The notes under the pieces were generated by a model, which had not been told where the DNA came from, made no database searches, and was given only the letters and a program-made list of their open reading frames with translations. This document shows, in pieces, positions 32,684-42,096 of a DNA stretch of 64,000 nt (positions are counted from its first letter, which is position 1; the number at the start of each line of letters is the position of its first letter). A program made the position numbers and the translations under genes. Origin of the DNA: Nibricoccus sp. Its GTDB lineage: Bacteria > Verrucomicrobiota > Verrucomicrobiia > Opitutales > Opitutaceae. The stretch lies in contig JASGHG010000001.1 of assembly GCA_047602425.1 (NCBI GenBank), positions 576,001 through 640,000 of the forward strand, given 5' to 3'.

Positions 32684-32724
32684 GGGCACGCGTCTGCCTG
32701 CCGTTTCACCGCTAACTGCTGATG

Positions 32725-32793
32725 ATGGAGGGCCGACTTCCACGTCGGCCGCTGGTTCGAGCAATTTGGCCGACGTGGAAGTCGGCCCTCCAT
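32725..32793. repeat. REPIN-like doublet of GGAG-type REPs
   Basis: Perfect 26-bp inverted repeat ATGGAGGGCCGACTTCCACGTCGGCC with a 17-bp spacer; each arm is internally palindromic. Confidence 0.88.
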
Positions 32794-32857
32794 TTCAGCC
32801 CATCTAAATTCGTGGTCGCTTGCCTCCGCCGCCTCGGTAGCCATGTTGTGTTTCACC

Positions 32858-33301
32858 ATGTCACGCCTCCTTCTTTTGGTCTTAACCCACGTCGCCCTGT
32901 TTTGGGTCGCTCCATGCTCTGCGGCGGAACCGTTCAAGTCAGACGATGCCGATGTGCAGACACTGGTTTACACCAAATTCTTCGGCTTTGGCCCGATCAA
33001 CGACAAAGGCCAGATCTCCGAAGGCGAAGCCGCCTTGAAGCGGATCGTCAAACAAGAGGGCGGCATCAACAATCTCTTCATCGTCTTCGACCGAGCGACC
33101 CTGGCTGGAAAGTGCTACGCCTTGACGGGAATTCGTCATCTCTCCCCTAATTCTTTCGAGGGTTTCTGCAAACAGCTCGAAACATATAAATCGATGAGAG
33201 TGAAAACCGTGGTGGAAACCAAAATAGTCCAAGAACCCCTCGCCGACGTCATCAGCATGATTCGCACGGGACTTTACAGCAACTATCTCGTCACGGAGTG
33301 A
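32858..33301 (+). CDS. Hypothetical exported protein
   Basis: Signal peptide (..VAPCSA-AE) and a globular-looking 147-aa sequence filling the intergenic gap. Confidence 0.65.
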   Translation: MSRLLLLVLTHVALFWVAPCSAAEPFKSDDADVQTLVYTKFFGFGPINDKGQISEGEAALKRIVKQEGGINNLFIVFDRATLAGKCYALTGIRHLSPNSFEGFCKQLETYKSMRVKTVVETKIVQEPLADVISMIRTGLYSNYLVTE

Positions 33302-33308
33302 GCGGACC

Positions 33309-33472
33309 GGACGACAGAAACCAGATGCCAGAAGCCAGCGGTCGGAGGTCGGAAGCAGAAGCTTCACGACACTTGAACGTTCAGCGTTAAACGTTAAGCG
33401 TTGAACATTTCCCAATTCCCCATTCCCCCATTCGACGTTGGAGGTTGAATGTCGGGCGTTGGATGTTCAGCG
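33309..33472. repeat. Mosaic of four short tandem arrays (7-mers and 8-mers) downstream of prfB
   Basis: AGAAACC AGATGCC AGAAGCC AGCGGTC GGAGGTC; TTGAACG TTCAGCG TTAAACG TTAAGCG TTGAACA; TTCCCCAT-like x3; TTCGACG TTGGAGG TTGAATG TCGGGCG TTGGATG TTCAGCG. Confidence 0.85.
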
Positions 33473-33484
33473 CACTTCGCCGGC

Positions 33485-34628
33485 TCAATCTTCCATTTTG
33501 ATGTCCTTGTTGCGATGCCGTGGGCAGCCCGCGCGCAACCAAGCGTAGATGAATCTATCCAGATCTCCGTCGAGCACGCCCTGCGTGTCGCTCGTATCCA
33601 CGCCGGTGCGCAGATCCTTAACCATTTGGTAGGGTTGTAACACGTAGCTGCGAATCTGGCTGCCCCAGCCAATTTCGCCTTTCTCGCCGTAGAATTTTTC
33701 CATCTCGCTGCGCTGTTCATCCTGCTTCTTTTCGTAGAGACGCGCTTTCAAGACGTTCATCGCGCTGGCGCGGTTCTTGAGCTGTGAGCGTTCGTTTTGG
33801 CAGACGACCACGATGCCGGTCGGAAGATGGGTCATGCGCACGGCCGAGTCGGTCGTGTTGACGCCCTGACCGCCCTTGCCCGACGAACGGTAAACGTCGA
33901 TGCGCAGTTCGCTCTCGGGGATTTCGATTTCGATTTCGTCGGTGATTTCCGCTACCACGTCGATGGCACAAAAGGAGGTGTGGCGGCGTTTGTTCGCGTC
34001 GAACGGGCTGATGCGCACCAAACGGTGCACACCGCGCTCGGCCTTGACGTAACCGTAAGCGTTTTCGCCTTTGATGAGAATCGTGGCCTTGCTGATGCCG
34101 GCTTGGTCGCCGACCTGCACGTCCTGCACTTCGATCTCGAAACCTTTGCGCTCGGCCCAGCGGTTGTACATGCGGAAGAGCATGTCGGCCCAGTCGTTGG
34201 ACTCGGTGCCGCCCGCGCCGGCCTGGATGGAGAGAATGGCGTTGTTCTTGTCGAACTGACCGCTGAGGAACGAAGCGATTTCCAACTTATCGAGTTCGCC
34301 GACCATGGCCTCGACATTGCTGTCGAGTTCTTTGGCGTATTCTTCCTGTTCGGCACCGGTCGCAGCCTCGACGAGTTCGATCATCACGGGAACGTCTTCG
34401 AGCTTTTTATTAAACGCGACCAGGCCGCCGATGGCGCGCTTCAGACCGTTGACCTTGGCAATGTGTTTCTGTGCCGCGATCTGGTTGTCCCAGAAGGTCG
34501 GCGCCCCCATCTGCGCTTCGAGGGCCTCTATTTCGCGCTGCTTTTGTTCGACGTCAAAGATACCTCCATAGGTATCCGGCTCGCTTCTTGATGTTCTCGA
34601 TGTGGGAAAATGTCTCGGGCGCGATCAT
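33485..34628 (-). CDS. prfB: Peptide chain release factor 2, translated via a programmed +1 frameshift (about 380 aa)
   Basis: SPF and GGQ motifs; 24-codon upstream frame from ATG 34628 ending TGG AGG TAT CTT TGA C (34568-34553). Confidence 0.97.
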
Positions 34629-34680
34629 GTTTGTAAGGGACAATGGCCGCGAATTCCGCCTTCAGGCGCAAGCGGAAATT

Positions 34681-35409
34681 TCAGCGAAGCCCGGCAAAGG
34701 TCACTTTTGGAAACGGATCATTCGTCTTCACCACGCCCAATCGGAACGCTTCGCGCGTGAGGTCCGCGCCGTTGTGCGCCCGAAGCTTACGCATCAAATG
34801 CGAGCGATGATTCTCGACCGTTTTGGCGCAAATGCCCAGCTGCGCTGCGATTTCCTTGTTGCTAAAACCCTCCGCGATCAGGCGCAAAACTTCATGTTCC
34901 CGGGCGGACAGTTCGCCATCCCTCTGCCGCGGACCGCCGCCCTGCAAGACCTCTCGCACCAAGTGGGTGATTTTCTCGCCAAAAAAAGCGCGCCCCTGCC
35001 CGACCACTTCGGCCGCCTGCATCAGAGTGGCCAGACTCGCCGTCGTTTCAACGACACCCAGCGCCCCTTTCTCGATGTAACGCATGATCGTGCGATCCTC
35101 GCAATCCGCAGCCATAACCAAAATGTTCACCCCAACGTTTGCCGCGGACAGGGTCCGGCAGACCTCCACGCCGCTCAAGCCCGCCAGATCCGTCGACAAC
35201 AGGACCACTCGCGGTTTGAGCTGAAAACAGGCGTCGAGCGTGCGACTTCCGTCACCCGAACCACCAACAACCTGTAATCCGGCGCGATTTTCGAAGCACT
35301 GTGCCAGGGCTTCGCGAAGCGCGAGTTGTCGCTCGGCGATAAAAACCGAAAGAATCCCTTTGTCGGCGCAGGTTCCGTTTTTTTTCAGGAAATCCGTCGA
35401 AGTACTCAT
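34681..35409 (-). CDS. NarL/LuxR-family regulator with atypical receiver
   Basis: LSAREHEVLRLIAEGFSNKEIA HTH; receiver has IAER and LLST in place of DD and D. Confidence 0.88.
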   Translation of the reverse strand: MSTSTDFLKKNGTCADKGILSVFIAERQLALREALAQCFENRAGLQVVGGSGDGSRTLDACFQLKPRVVLLSTDLAGLSGVEVCRTLSAANVGVNILVMAADCEDRTIMRYIEKGALGVVETTASLATLMQAAEVVGQGRAFFGEKITHLVREVLQGGGPRQRDGELSAREHEVLRLIAEGFSNKEIAAQLGICAKTVENHRSHLMRKLRAHNGADLTREAFRLGVVKTNDPFPKVTFAGLR

Positions 35410-36113
35410 GATTGCCAGTCCTCGCTCCTGCTGCCCGTCGTGGCAGCGACCGCCGTCATGCCATCGCCGAGATCGACGATGCCCGTCCGGATGCCACAGC
35501 GAATCAACTCCGGCACGGTGTGCACGTTGAGCCGTTCCATCATCTGGTATTTGTGCACTTCAGCCGTGCGTGAAGAAATGCCTAGCACCGCCGCCACTTC
35601 CTTCATGGTTTTGCCTTGGGCAATCAATCGCAGAACCTCGATCTGCCTGGGAGTGAACGGATGCTCGGTCTGCATGTGCTCCTGCAGCGTAGAACCACGA
35701 ACCCAATTGTTCACCATGCCCTTTGCGATGAAGGGAGAGATGTAGGTGCGCCCGGCCAGAACCTCCTCCAAAGCGGAAATCAACTCCGCCCCCGCATCGT
35801 TCTTGGTCACGTATCCCGACACGCCGATGCGAAACGCCCGCATGACCACGTCGGTCTCGGACTGCATCGAGAGAATGACGATCTTCGCCTGATTTTTCTC
35901 GCGCAATAGAAGTTCGGCCGCATCCAGCCCGCTCAGTCGCGGCATGCCGATGTCGGTAACAATAAGTTCGGCTTTGTGCCTGCGGGCCAGTTGCAACAGC
36001 TCTTCGCCCGACGAGGCCTGCCCGACGATATCGAATTTTTGCGTCAGCAGATGGCGAAGCGCGTCGAGGAAAAGCCGGTGATCGTCAGAAATGATTATAC
36101 GTGGAAGTTTCAT
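35406..36113 (-). CDS. NarL/LuxR-family response regulator
   Basis: ISDDH, VTDIGMP, FTPRQIEVLRLIAQG..KEVA. Confidence 0.92.
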   Translation of the reverse strand: MKLPRIIISDDHRLFLDALRHLLTQKFDIVGQASSGEELLQLARRHKAELIVTDIGMPRLSGLDAAELLLREKNQAKIVILSMQSETDVVMRAFRIGVSGYVTKNDAGAELISALEEVLAGRTYISPFIAKGMVNNWVRGSTLQEHMQTEHPFTPRQIEVLRLIAQGKTMKEVAAVLGISSRTAEVHKYQMMERLNVHTVPELIRCGIRTGIVDLGDGMTAVAATTGSRSEDWQS

Positions 36114-37176
36114 GATTGAGAGCGTTAAAATTGAGCGGGATTTCGACCTCGACGCGCGCCCCACGGCCAGGGCTCGTGTCGATTTTCAAGGTGCCGGAGA
36201 AACTGCGGGCGCGCTCCTTCATGCTGATCAGCCCAAGGTTGGCTGGCGCGTCGTCGACGGTGAAACCCACGCCGTTATCCTCGATGGACAGTGTCAGCCC
36301 GGCGTTGTCCTGACGCAGCGTCACTCTCACCCGCGAGGCTTTCGCGTGTTTGATCACGTTTGAGAGCGCTTCCTGAACTATTCGAAAGAGGGAAATCGCC
36401 AGCGCGGGCGCCACTTCGACCCGGTCGCTGCCCAGTTGAAGCTCCAATTCCAGCCCGCCTTGGTCAGCCACTTTTTTGCAAAAATCCCGGATTGAGGCGA
36501 CCAGCCCGAATTTGTGCAGCGCGACCGGATGCAATTGGTGCGAAAAGCTGCGCAGCGCATTGCCGATTTCCACCGCATCCTTCTCCAACTGGTCGAGCTT
36601 GCGCGCCAGCACCGTATGGTTCCGCGCTTGATTGCGACGCAGGTTGCTAATCTGAAGCGCCTGGACGGCGAGTCGCTGGCAAATGTCGTCGTGTAATTCA
36701 CGGGCGACCCGAAGCCGCTCTTCCTCCTGGGCGTTGATCAGGCGCCGCGCGAGGCTGCGGATCTCGTCGTGACTCCGCTGTAACTCCGCCTGCGCCTGAT
36801 GGCGTTCGCTGACGTCGATCTGCATCAACAAGGCGCCATCCTGCGCGCCTTCCAGCGGAAAGATCAGAATTTGGTGCCAAGCTGGCTGTTCGGGATCGCG
36901 CGAACCGCATTCCAGCGCAAAGGGCTTCCCGTCGGGCTGCAAAACGCCATCCAACGCCTGCACCACCATCGCCTCGGCCGAACCCGCCGCCGGTTTCTTG
37001 TTTTTGCACGCGACTAGGTAGTTTTCTCCCACCACCGCCTCGCCCTCGGGACACTGCATGCTCACCGGACTGAGCGTGTTGCGACCGGAGGAGCGCACCA
37101 CCCCCTCCCGGTCCAGTATCAATATACGAACCGGCGACGTTTTCGCCTCCCGTGAATATTCAGGCCATGACCACAT
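36085..37176 (-). CDS. HisKA_3 (NarX/UhpB-type) cytoplasmic sensor kinase
   Basis: QEEERLRVARELHDDICQ, FRIVQEALSNVIKHA, DNGVGF, LGLISMKERA. Confidence 0.92.
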   Translation of the reverse strand: MWSWPEYSREAKTSPVRILILDREGVVRSSGRNTLSPVSMQCPEGEAVVGENYLVACKNKKPAAGSAEAMVVQALDGVLQPDGKPFALECGSRDPEQPAWHQILIFPLEGAQDGALLMQIDVSERHQAQAELQRSHDEIRSLARRLINAQEEERLRVARELHDDICQRLAVQALQISNLRRNQARNHTVLARKLDQLEKDAVEIGNALRSFSHQLHPVALHKFGLVASIRDFCKKVADQGGLELELQLGSDRVEVAPALAISLFRIVQEALSNVIKHAKASRVRVTLRQDNAGLTLSIEDNGVGFTVDDAPANLGLISMKERARSFSGTLKIDTSPGRGARVEVEIPLNFNALNHETSTYNHF

Positions 37177-37479
37177 GACAATTATATACTTTTAGATGTG
37201 TTCTATACAAGCGTTCGTCATAATTTATTTACAAGCAACGCCGAAGGTTTTGGCCGCCCGCACTGCTGTTTTCTATGTGGGCAATTATATGTACCAAACA
37301 CAATAATTCGCAAGTACTTAACCCTGTAAAAAACGCAGGGATTATTACCTAGTTCCCATGGATATTTATACGGATGCGATCGGTCGAAATCCGTATGTAT
37401 ATACGTAATTTTACCTACCGGCATTATTACGTTTTTTTGCCATCTTATATAAAATACCTTCCGGCGCTATAGTGAATCC

Positions 37480-38238
37480 ATGCCGGGAATGGAATACATC
37501 ACATTCGAAATGCCGCTTGCCGTCGCGAGCCGGCGCCCGGATCCGATCCATCCAGCTTCCACCATGGTCACTGCATCAAACGTTCCAGCTATCCTGCGTC
37601 CCGGTTACGACCTTGAAGGGCGCTTTACCGAGGTGCTTTTTGCCCTTTCCACGATCCTAGTCTTCACCCTCGCAGTCGAGCGGTTGGTGAGCCCGGAGAA
37701 TGGCGGCGTGCATGCGCTGCTCGTCGCAACCACCGGCTACAGTCTCGCATGGGCCGTGTTTGTGGGCGTCATGTTTGCCGTGCATGCGATCAATCGCCGC
37801 GGAAAAATCGCCCGCTTCGCCAACAACTTCCGCCTGCGCCCCGACGAGGGCCGGGCCCTCGGTGAGATCCAGCAAGAGATGGATGCCACTCTCGCCGCAC
37901 TGACCAGCGAACCGATGCGCGAGCGGCTTCATTGGAACATTCTTTCCAATATTGCCCTGCTCGAACCGCCACCGGTGCGGCTGAAAGCGGCCGATTTGCT
38001 CGGAGCGTTGGCCACCACGCTACTTGTCTTCACCGCCACGGTTCCCGCGATCCTGCCCTTCCTGTGCTGCGAAATGCCGTGGATGGCCGTCCGCCTGTCG
38101 AATCTCGTCACCGTTTTGCTGCTTTTCGTCTGCGGCTATCACTGGGCTCGCTCCATGCGCATGCGGCCTTGGATCACCGCCACTTCCTTCGCCGGACTCG
38201 GGCTCATCGCGGTCTGGGTCAGCCTGAACATTCCTTAG
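37480..38238 (+). CDS. Membrane protein, VIT1/CCC1-like
   Basis: RFTEVLFAL, two plus three TM segments, 'PAILPF', 'RLSNLVTVLLLFVCGY'; start codon uncertain. Confidence 0.6.
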   Translation: MPGMEYITFEMPLAVASRRPDPIHPASTMVTASNVPAILRPGYDLEGRFTEVLFALSTILVFTLAVERLVSPENGGVHALLVATTGYSLAWAVFVGVMFAVHAINRRGKIARFANNFRLRPDEGRALGEIQQEMDATLAALTSEPMRERLHWNILSNIALLEPPPVRLKAADLLGALATTLLVFTATVPAILPFLCCEMPWMAVRLSNLVTVLLLFVCGYHWARSMRMRPWITATSFAGLGLIAVWVSLNIP

Positions 38239-38271
38239 AAACACCTTTAACCCTTTTAACCCATTCCGCCT

Positions 38272-38640
38272 ATGATCACCGTCGCTCAACTTATCGTCGT
38301 CGTGGAAACCAGTCCCCGCATGCGCCAGAGCCTGGAGCAAATTCTTCAAGTTTCAGGTTATGACACAGCCCTCTTTTCCTCCGCTGAAGACATGCTCGCC
38401 GATCCCGGCGCATTGGAAGCCGATTGCTTCGTGGTTGACGTGAATTTGCCGTGCATGTCGGGCGTGGCCTTGAGAAAGGAACTATCGGCCCGCGGCAAAC
38501 TCGCTCCCGTGATCTTCCTGACCGACGAACGCGTACCCGCCGCCTTCGAGCGACACTTTCAAGCGCGCTTCCTTCAAAAGCCCTTCCGCGGCTACCGCCT
38601 GATCAGAGCCATTCGCACGCTGCTGAATGTGGAGGAGTGA
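38272..38640 (+). CDS. Single-domain response regulator (FixJ-like receiver)
   Basis: FSSAED, VVDVNLPCMSG, PVIFLT, FLQKPF. Confidence 0.85.
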   Translation: MITVAQLIVVVETSPRMRQSLEQILQVSGYDTALFSSAEDMLADPGALEADCFVVDVNLPCMSGVALRKELSARGKLAPVIFLTDERVPAAFERHFQARFLQKPFRGYRLIRAIRTLLNVEE

Positions 38641-38672
38641 GCGCGGAAAAAACGCCCATTCTTCCGACTTGT

Positions 38673-39128
38673 TCAGGAATTCGGGGAATCTACCGCAACC
38701 GGCTGGTTCGTCAATGGTCTGCCGGCAGCGCGGCGCATCATTTCAGAACGTATAAAACCATACTTCTCATAAAGGCCGTGGGCGTCTCGCGTGCCGAGGA
38801 CACTTGTCGTAAACTTCACCACCGGGTGCTCGGTCACGCAGGCCATGAGCCATTTTCCCAGCCCCCTACCGCGCGATCCGTTTTCGATGAAGACATCGCA
38901 GATCCAAGAAAACGTTGCCTGATCTGTCACAACGCGGGCGAAGCCGATCTGCGCAAAGGGTTCTTTCCTGTACACCCCAAAGCAAATCGAATTCCGGATT
39001 GATGCCTCAACCGTGGCCCGCGTGCGACGCTCTGCCCAATAGGTTCGGTTCAGCTCGCGACAGATAAAATCGATATCGAGCCGTTGTGGATCGGTGCTAA
39101 CCAGATAGCCGTCGCGTTCGGTGTCCAT
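38673..39128 (-). CDS. GNAT-family N-acetyltransferase
   Basis: STDPQRLD, QIGFARVVTD, DVFI..RGRGLGK, DAHGLYEKYGF. Confidence 0.92.
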   Translation of the reverse strand: MDTERDGYLVSTDPQRLDIDFICRELNRTYWAERRTRATVEASIRNSICFGVYRKEPFAQIGFARVVTDQATFSWICDVFIENGSRGRGLGKWLMACVTEHPVVKFTTSVLGTRDAHGLYEKYGFIRSEMMRRAAGRPLTNQPVAVDSPNS

Positions 39129-39300
39129 ATTGGTCGACGGCGAAGGTGTGCGGTGAACGGAGCCGGCGCAAGCCCTGCGTCAGCAGTCGTGCTTGCGGGT
39201 TGGGTTGGAGAGTGCCCGAACCTTCGCCAATATTTGGTCGATGGCGGGTGTTTCCCGGAAGACGTGACCCACGTACTCCGGGAAAACTACTCAAATCAAC

Positions 39301-41781
39301 TTAGTTACTATCCGAGTCGTCGTCGTCATTTGGTCCGTCGTGATGGTCGTCATCGCAGCGGGCTTCTGGAATCCGTAGGACCGTGACGGAGTACGGTGCG
39401 GGCGTCAGAGTGAATGTGGATCCAGGCAACGTGAGCGTTGAGGTTTGCACGTCGGCCGAACCTGTGCCCGTGCGCGCGGCTTCGTCCTGCGGAATGCCGT
39501 AGGTGTAGGTTGTGGCCTGCGGGCCAACTTTGAAGCCGTCGACGGTGAGTGTGGTGTTCAGCGTCGCGGTCGGATGTTTGTTGATCACGAGGAGCCGCAA
39601 CGAACGGTCGCGATCGCGCACGGCATAGATGCCGAGCCGGTTGTAATCGCTATTCGCGGTCACCACGGTTTCGCCGCCGCGGGCGAAGTGTTGCAGGAGC
39701 TTGTAAACGTAGAACGTCGGATAGCGATCGGCCGGGCCGGCGGGATTCGCGGCGTTGACGATGCCGTAATCGCCGTATTTGCGCCAGCCATACAAGAACG
39801 GACTGTTGTTGTTGCCGCCTTCCTGGCCGTTGCGCAGGTCCCACCAGAAAAACGCATTGAACTCCGTCTTGAGGATATTGCCCATACTATCGGCCAGGAA
39901 CAAACCGTTGACCAGGCTCGTGGTCTGTTTTCCGGGATTGCTGTAGACCGAATTGTTTTCGGTGCAGGTAATTTCAACGCGACGCGCCTCGTGACCGAGG
40001 TAATCGTTCAACATCTGGCGGATTTTCGCCGCGTCGTTTGCCCAGCTCTTGGATGAATTTAAAAGGTAGAGATCGCTTTCGCCGCCGGGCGCCTGTTCGT
40101 AGCGATGGTAGACCACGAAGTCGGGCACGAAACCAAGTTTCTTAAAAGTCGCGAGCATGACTGCGCTCCAGCCGTTGTGAGTAAGACCGGTGCGAGGATT
40201 GGTCACAGTTTGATCGGTGTAATTCGCGTCGCTGTCCTCGTCGGCCACTATCACCGCGCCGATTTTAATACGATGATCGGCGGCCTTCATCTGGCGGGCG
40301 TATTCCTTGAATCGCGTGACGTAAGTCACGGGATCATGCGGGCGGTTGTTGTTGTCCGCCTCCCAAGTGCCGTAGTTCTCGTTACCAACTTCCCAGTATT
40401 TAAAATCATAGTGCTTGGTTCGGTTCGAATACCGAACCCACTCCGCCGCTTCTTCGGGCGTGCCGGTGCCATAGTTCACGGTGACGAAGACCTGCGCCTT
40501 GGTCGTCAGCGCGATGTTGGCAAAAGCGTCAAAGCTCGTCGCCCACTGAAAAGTCTGCCCTTCGCTCATGTTCGTTTTCCAATGGTAAACATCGGCTAGC
40601 GATCCGCCGGGGAAACGCAGCGCCTGATTGTCGACTTCGTTGAGCAGTTCGGCGGTGGTGGCGGTGTTGAAAACGCCGTCCCAAACCGCGGTATTCAGAC
40701 CGAACATACGCGGATCGACCTGACGGATGCGCGCGCGGGCATCGACCGAAACGCTGACCGCTGACGGCGGTGGCGCGAGGTCGAGTCGCACATCGTCGAC
40801 ATAGAATGTCGGCGCACTCACACCGGCGATTTCCTGAAACCAGATATCGGTGAGATCGGATTTATTGGCGACGCCGAGGTCGGCCAGCGGGATGGAAATC
40901 TTCTGCCAGGAATTTGGCTCCAACGGGCCAAGCGTCACAGGTGTCTGCGCAACGCCGGAAAGCAGCGCCGAGAGCCGCAGCAGCTGGCCGCCAGAACCGC
41001 CGCCGTTGATCCAAAAAGTGAGCGTGGTAAAATCGTTTGTTTCCAGCGCCGCGTGATGAAACGACAAGGCCGAATAAGGCGAGGCCGTGACCGCAATCGA
41101 ACTCGTACCGGAATTCACGGGTGTAGCGTTGCCAACATTAACCGTTGCCCAGCTCCAATTTTGCCAGCCGTTGACATAGGCATCCTGGTACAACGCCATG
41201 CCCACGAGCGGCGGCGGTGGCAGGGTCGGCACGCTGCCCGTGATGACAATGTCATCGACATAAAAAGTCGGCTGCGACGCCCCGCTGCCTTCCTGAATCC
41301 AAAAGCCGGTGAAGTTCGCCTGATTGTCGGCTCCGAAAGACGCGAGCGGGAGTGTGATTTGCTGCCACGTGTTGGCGGCGATCGGTCCGATGGTGGCGCC
41401 GGGTTGTCCGGCGTCGTTGAGTGTGGACGACACGATCAGGCGTGGAACGCCAGCCGTGCCGCCATTGATCCAAAAAGTCAGGTTGCCGTAACCGGTGGTG
41501 TTAAAAGGATCGTGACGCAGGCTCAACGCAGACCAAGGTCCCGCCGTGACGGCAATCGAGGTCGATCCTAAATGCACGGCGGCCGTGCTGGCGGTGTCCA
41601 CCGTTGCCCAGCTCCAATTCTGCCAGCCGCTTCCGAGAGTGTCGTCGTAGACCGTGAGGTCAGTCTGTGCACGCGCGGAAAATCCAGCGCCGAGCACAAG
41701 GAGAAACAAAACGAACCAGGCCATGGAAACTCCACGCCGCGAGGCCGCTGATGCAGCCGATCGATTGAACATATCTTTCAT
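39301..41781 (-). CDS. Secreted clan GH-A glycoside hydrolase (GH51/GH44-like) with two tandem N-terminal CBM-like modules
   Basis: Two repeats 'Y.D....GWQNWSWA...TFWINGG..FYVDD'; LRFPGGS, YWEVGNE (acid/base), ITCTENN (nucleophile). Confidence 0.8.
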   Translation of the reverse strand: MKDMFNRSAASAASRRGVSMAWFVLFLLVLGAGFSARAQTDLTVYDDTLGSGWQNWSWATVDTASTAAVHLGSTSIAVTAGPWSALSLRHDPFNTTGYGNLTFWINGGTAGVPRLIVSSTLNDAGQPGATIGPIAANTWQQITLPLASFGADNQANFTGFWIQEGSGASQPTFYVDDIVITGSVPTLPPPPLVGMALYQDAYVNGWQNWSWATVNVGNATPVNSGTSSIAVTASPYSALSFHHAALETNDFTTLTFWINGGGSGGQLLRLSALLSGVAQTPVTLGPLEPNSWQKISIPLADLGVANKSDLTDIWFQEIAGVSAPTFYVDDVRLDLAPPPSAVSVSVDARARIRQVDPRMFGLNTAVWDGVFNTATTAELLNEVDNQALRFPGGSLADVYHWKTNMSEGQTFQWATSFDAFANIALTTKAQVFVTVNYGTGTPEEAAEWVRYSNRTKHYDFKYWEVGNENYGTWEADNNNRPHDPVTYVTRFKEYARQMKAADHRIKIGAVIVADEDSDANYTDQTVTNPRTGLTHNGWSAVMLATFKKLGFVPDFVVYHRYEQAPGGESDLYLLNSSKSWANDAAKIRQMLNDYLGHEARRVEITCTENNSVYSNPGKQTTSLVNGLFLADSMGNILKTEFNAFFWWDLRNGQEGGNNNSPFLYGWRKYGDYGIVNAANPAGPADRYPTFYVYKLLQHFARGGETVVTANSDYNRLGIYAVRDRDRSLRLLVINKHPTATLNTTLTVDGFKVGPQATTYTYGIPQDEAARTGTGSADVQTSTLTLPGSTFTLTPAPYSVTVLRIPEARCDDDHHDGPNDDDDSDSN

Positions 41782-42035
41782 GGGGGTATTTGAGTTTGAT
41801 GTGGGTCTTGGACGACGCTGGAAGATCAAACCAAGGGGTATGGTTGCGGCTCGTGGCTGGGTCCCATGTCAGCACGAGATGCAAAGCGGCAAAAATGTGC
41901 CACAAGTCGCGGGTGAAGGATAGCTTCTCCGGTTGTTTGCCGATTGAGACGCTTTGCCTCACGAACGCCGACACAAACATGGAGCGTAACACAGTAACGC
42001 GACTCCTCTGCCGCCACTGCTTCCGCGCTTCAGAC

Positions 42036-42068
42036 AAAAGTACGCCCCGGCTTTTGAGGGCCGGGGCG
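42036..42068 (-). terminator. Probable terminator of the carboxyltransferase gene
   Basis: CGCCCCGGC/GCCGGGGCG stem, followed by TACTTTT on the minus strand. Confidence 0.65.
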
Positions 42069-42096
42069 ACGGAAGATCGGTTCGTTTTATGGAACG

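Noticed and set aside
33309..33472. Tandem repeats here and at 48076-48611 and 63191-63316 as CRISPR arrays
   Set aside because: Units are 7-9 bp, abutting, without unique spacers, and there are no cas genes
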